64,000 bases of DNA from a virus. The position numbers and the translations under genes are program-made. The stretch lies in IMG/VR virus record IMGVR_UViG_3300006793_000013; one strand, 5' to 3'. The notes below the pieces were generated by a model. It was not told where the DNA came from, did not search any database, and saw nothing but the letters and a program-made list of their open reading frames with translations. Numbering within the stretch: the first letter of the stretch is position 1; each line of letters starts with the position of its first letter. This document shows positions 63,593 to 64,000 of the stretch, piece after piece.

Positions 63593-63623
63593 TATTTATA
63601 CTACCATTTAATTGGTTTGTCAA
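63593..63623 (-). promoter_or_regulatory. Overlapping sigma70 (TTGACA-N17-TATAAA) and T4-late (TATAAATA) promoter for the tmRNA-tRNA-Trp unit
   Basis: TTGACA 63618-63623; TATAAATA 63593-63600. Confidence 0.75.
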
Positions 63624-63636
63624 CCTTTTTTTGAAA

Positions 63637-64000
63637 TTAATAAGGATTAATATCTAAGTACTTGCCCCATTCGCTGTAGTAATGGCGCATACCAACTTCA
63701 TCATGAATTGTTCCATTTTCATGTCTACCATGCAATATGTTACGTGCTTCTGTGCCTTCACGCATTGTGGTTCCTTGTCCTGCTACACCAATTAGGTCTT
63801 CGTGTAGGTTACGTCCAAACGGTCCCCATATGCTGTTGTGATGATTGATACGTGTGCGTCTTTCTTCTGGTGTGTCTTTGCGTAGTCCATATCCCCTAAA
63901 TTCAATAAGCACTTGATTACATCCTAATGGAGTAACACTATCTGAACGATAAGCACTACCACGTAGGTTAAAGTTGAAGCCTGGAAACAAGTCTACCATA
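63637..64000 (-). CDS. msmA: Rieske oxygenase alpha subunit, C-terminal part; MsmA (methanesulfonate monooxygenase)-like
   Basis: DLFPG.N.NLR...PLG.N.VLIEFRG.GL..DTPEER...HN.IWGPFGRNLHEDL.GV.GQG...HGR.EN.TIHDE.GMRHYY.EW matches my recollection of the MsmA C-terminus; 5' part outside window. Confidence 0.7.
   Translation of the reverse strand, partial: MVDLFPGFNFNLRGSAYRSDSVTPLGCNQVLIEFRGYGLRKDTPEERRTRINHHNSIWGPFGRNLHEDLIGVAGQGTTMREGTEARNILHGRHENGTIHDEVGMRHYYSEWGKYLDINPY

Noticed and set aside
63507-63623. N-terminal 39 codons of the ORF-track 96-aa ORF 63333-63623
   Set aside because: They overlap the promoter and tmRNA acceptor piece and start at the TTG of the -35 box; the credible start is GTG 63506 with SD
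83-63657. Numerous short antisense/overlapping ORFs in the ORF track (e.g. 83-334, 1880-2155, 29840-30103, 47600-47944, 56073-56408)
   Set aside because: They lie opposite well-supported genes, show reverse-complement codon bias and lack SD or motifs
1-64000. CRISPR array, IS/transposase, integrase, intron or intein
   Set aside because: No regularly spaced direct repeats, no transposase/integrase motifs, no intein C...HN signatures noticed in thyX or other genes
1-64000. Stop-codon recoding (alternative genetic code)
   Set aside because: Recognisable genes are full length in code 11 and TAG, TGA and TAA all terminate conserved proteins; the tRNA-Trp has a normal CCA anticodon

Overview
This 64-kb window is part of a large, AT-rich, T4-like (myovirus-type) bacteriophage genome read in the standard genetic code. 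The host is most likely a marine alphaproteobacterium. That inference rests on an alpha-type circularly permuted tmRNA, a hemO-pcyX cassette, a ROSE-like thermometer, TTGAC-N17-GCTATA promoters and an msmA-like gene. Layout: (i) 1-3550, conserved phage genes, thyX and an Hc1-like protein. (ii) 3652-29163, a roughly 25-kb biosynthetic/modification island with 9 radical-SAM enzymes, about 10 Fe/2OG-type cupins, a QueC-like ligase, an NDP-sugar epimerase, 2 SDRs, 2 kinase-like paralogs, a PLP enzyme, an amidinotransferase and a StrG-like oxygenase with an HxG triad, ending at a tail-fibre-like gene. (iii) 30.7-41.7 kb, 2OG oxygenases, rpoZ, tRNA-Ala/Thr, kdsB, an HD hydrolase, clpP and small membrane proteins. 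(iv) 41.7-49.7 kb, a csgF-csgG-curlin-FecR-curlin-CHASE2 adenylate cyclase operon. (v) 49.8-64 kb, Fis-like HTH, pcyX-hemO, clpS, hsp20, guaC, a split exonuclease, rpsU, envelope/lysis genes, porin, peroxiredoxin, NifU, tRNA-Trp, two-piece tmRNA and msmA. The three most striking observations are a protein-coding ORF inside the tmRNA intervening sequence that becomes a non-stop mRNA on processing, a recurrent TAAATA-N5-ATG architecture implying leaderless late transcripts, and the biosynthetic island. All family calls come from motif recognition by eye; no database search was run.
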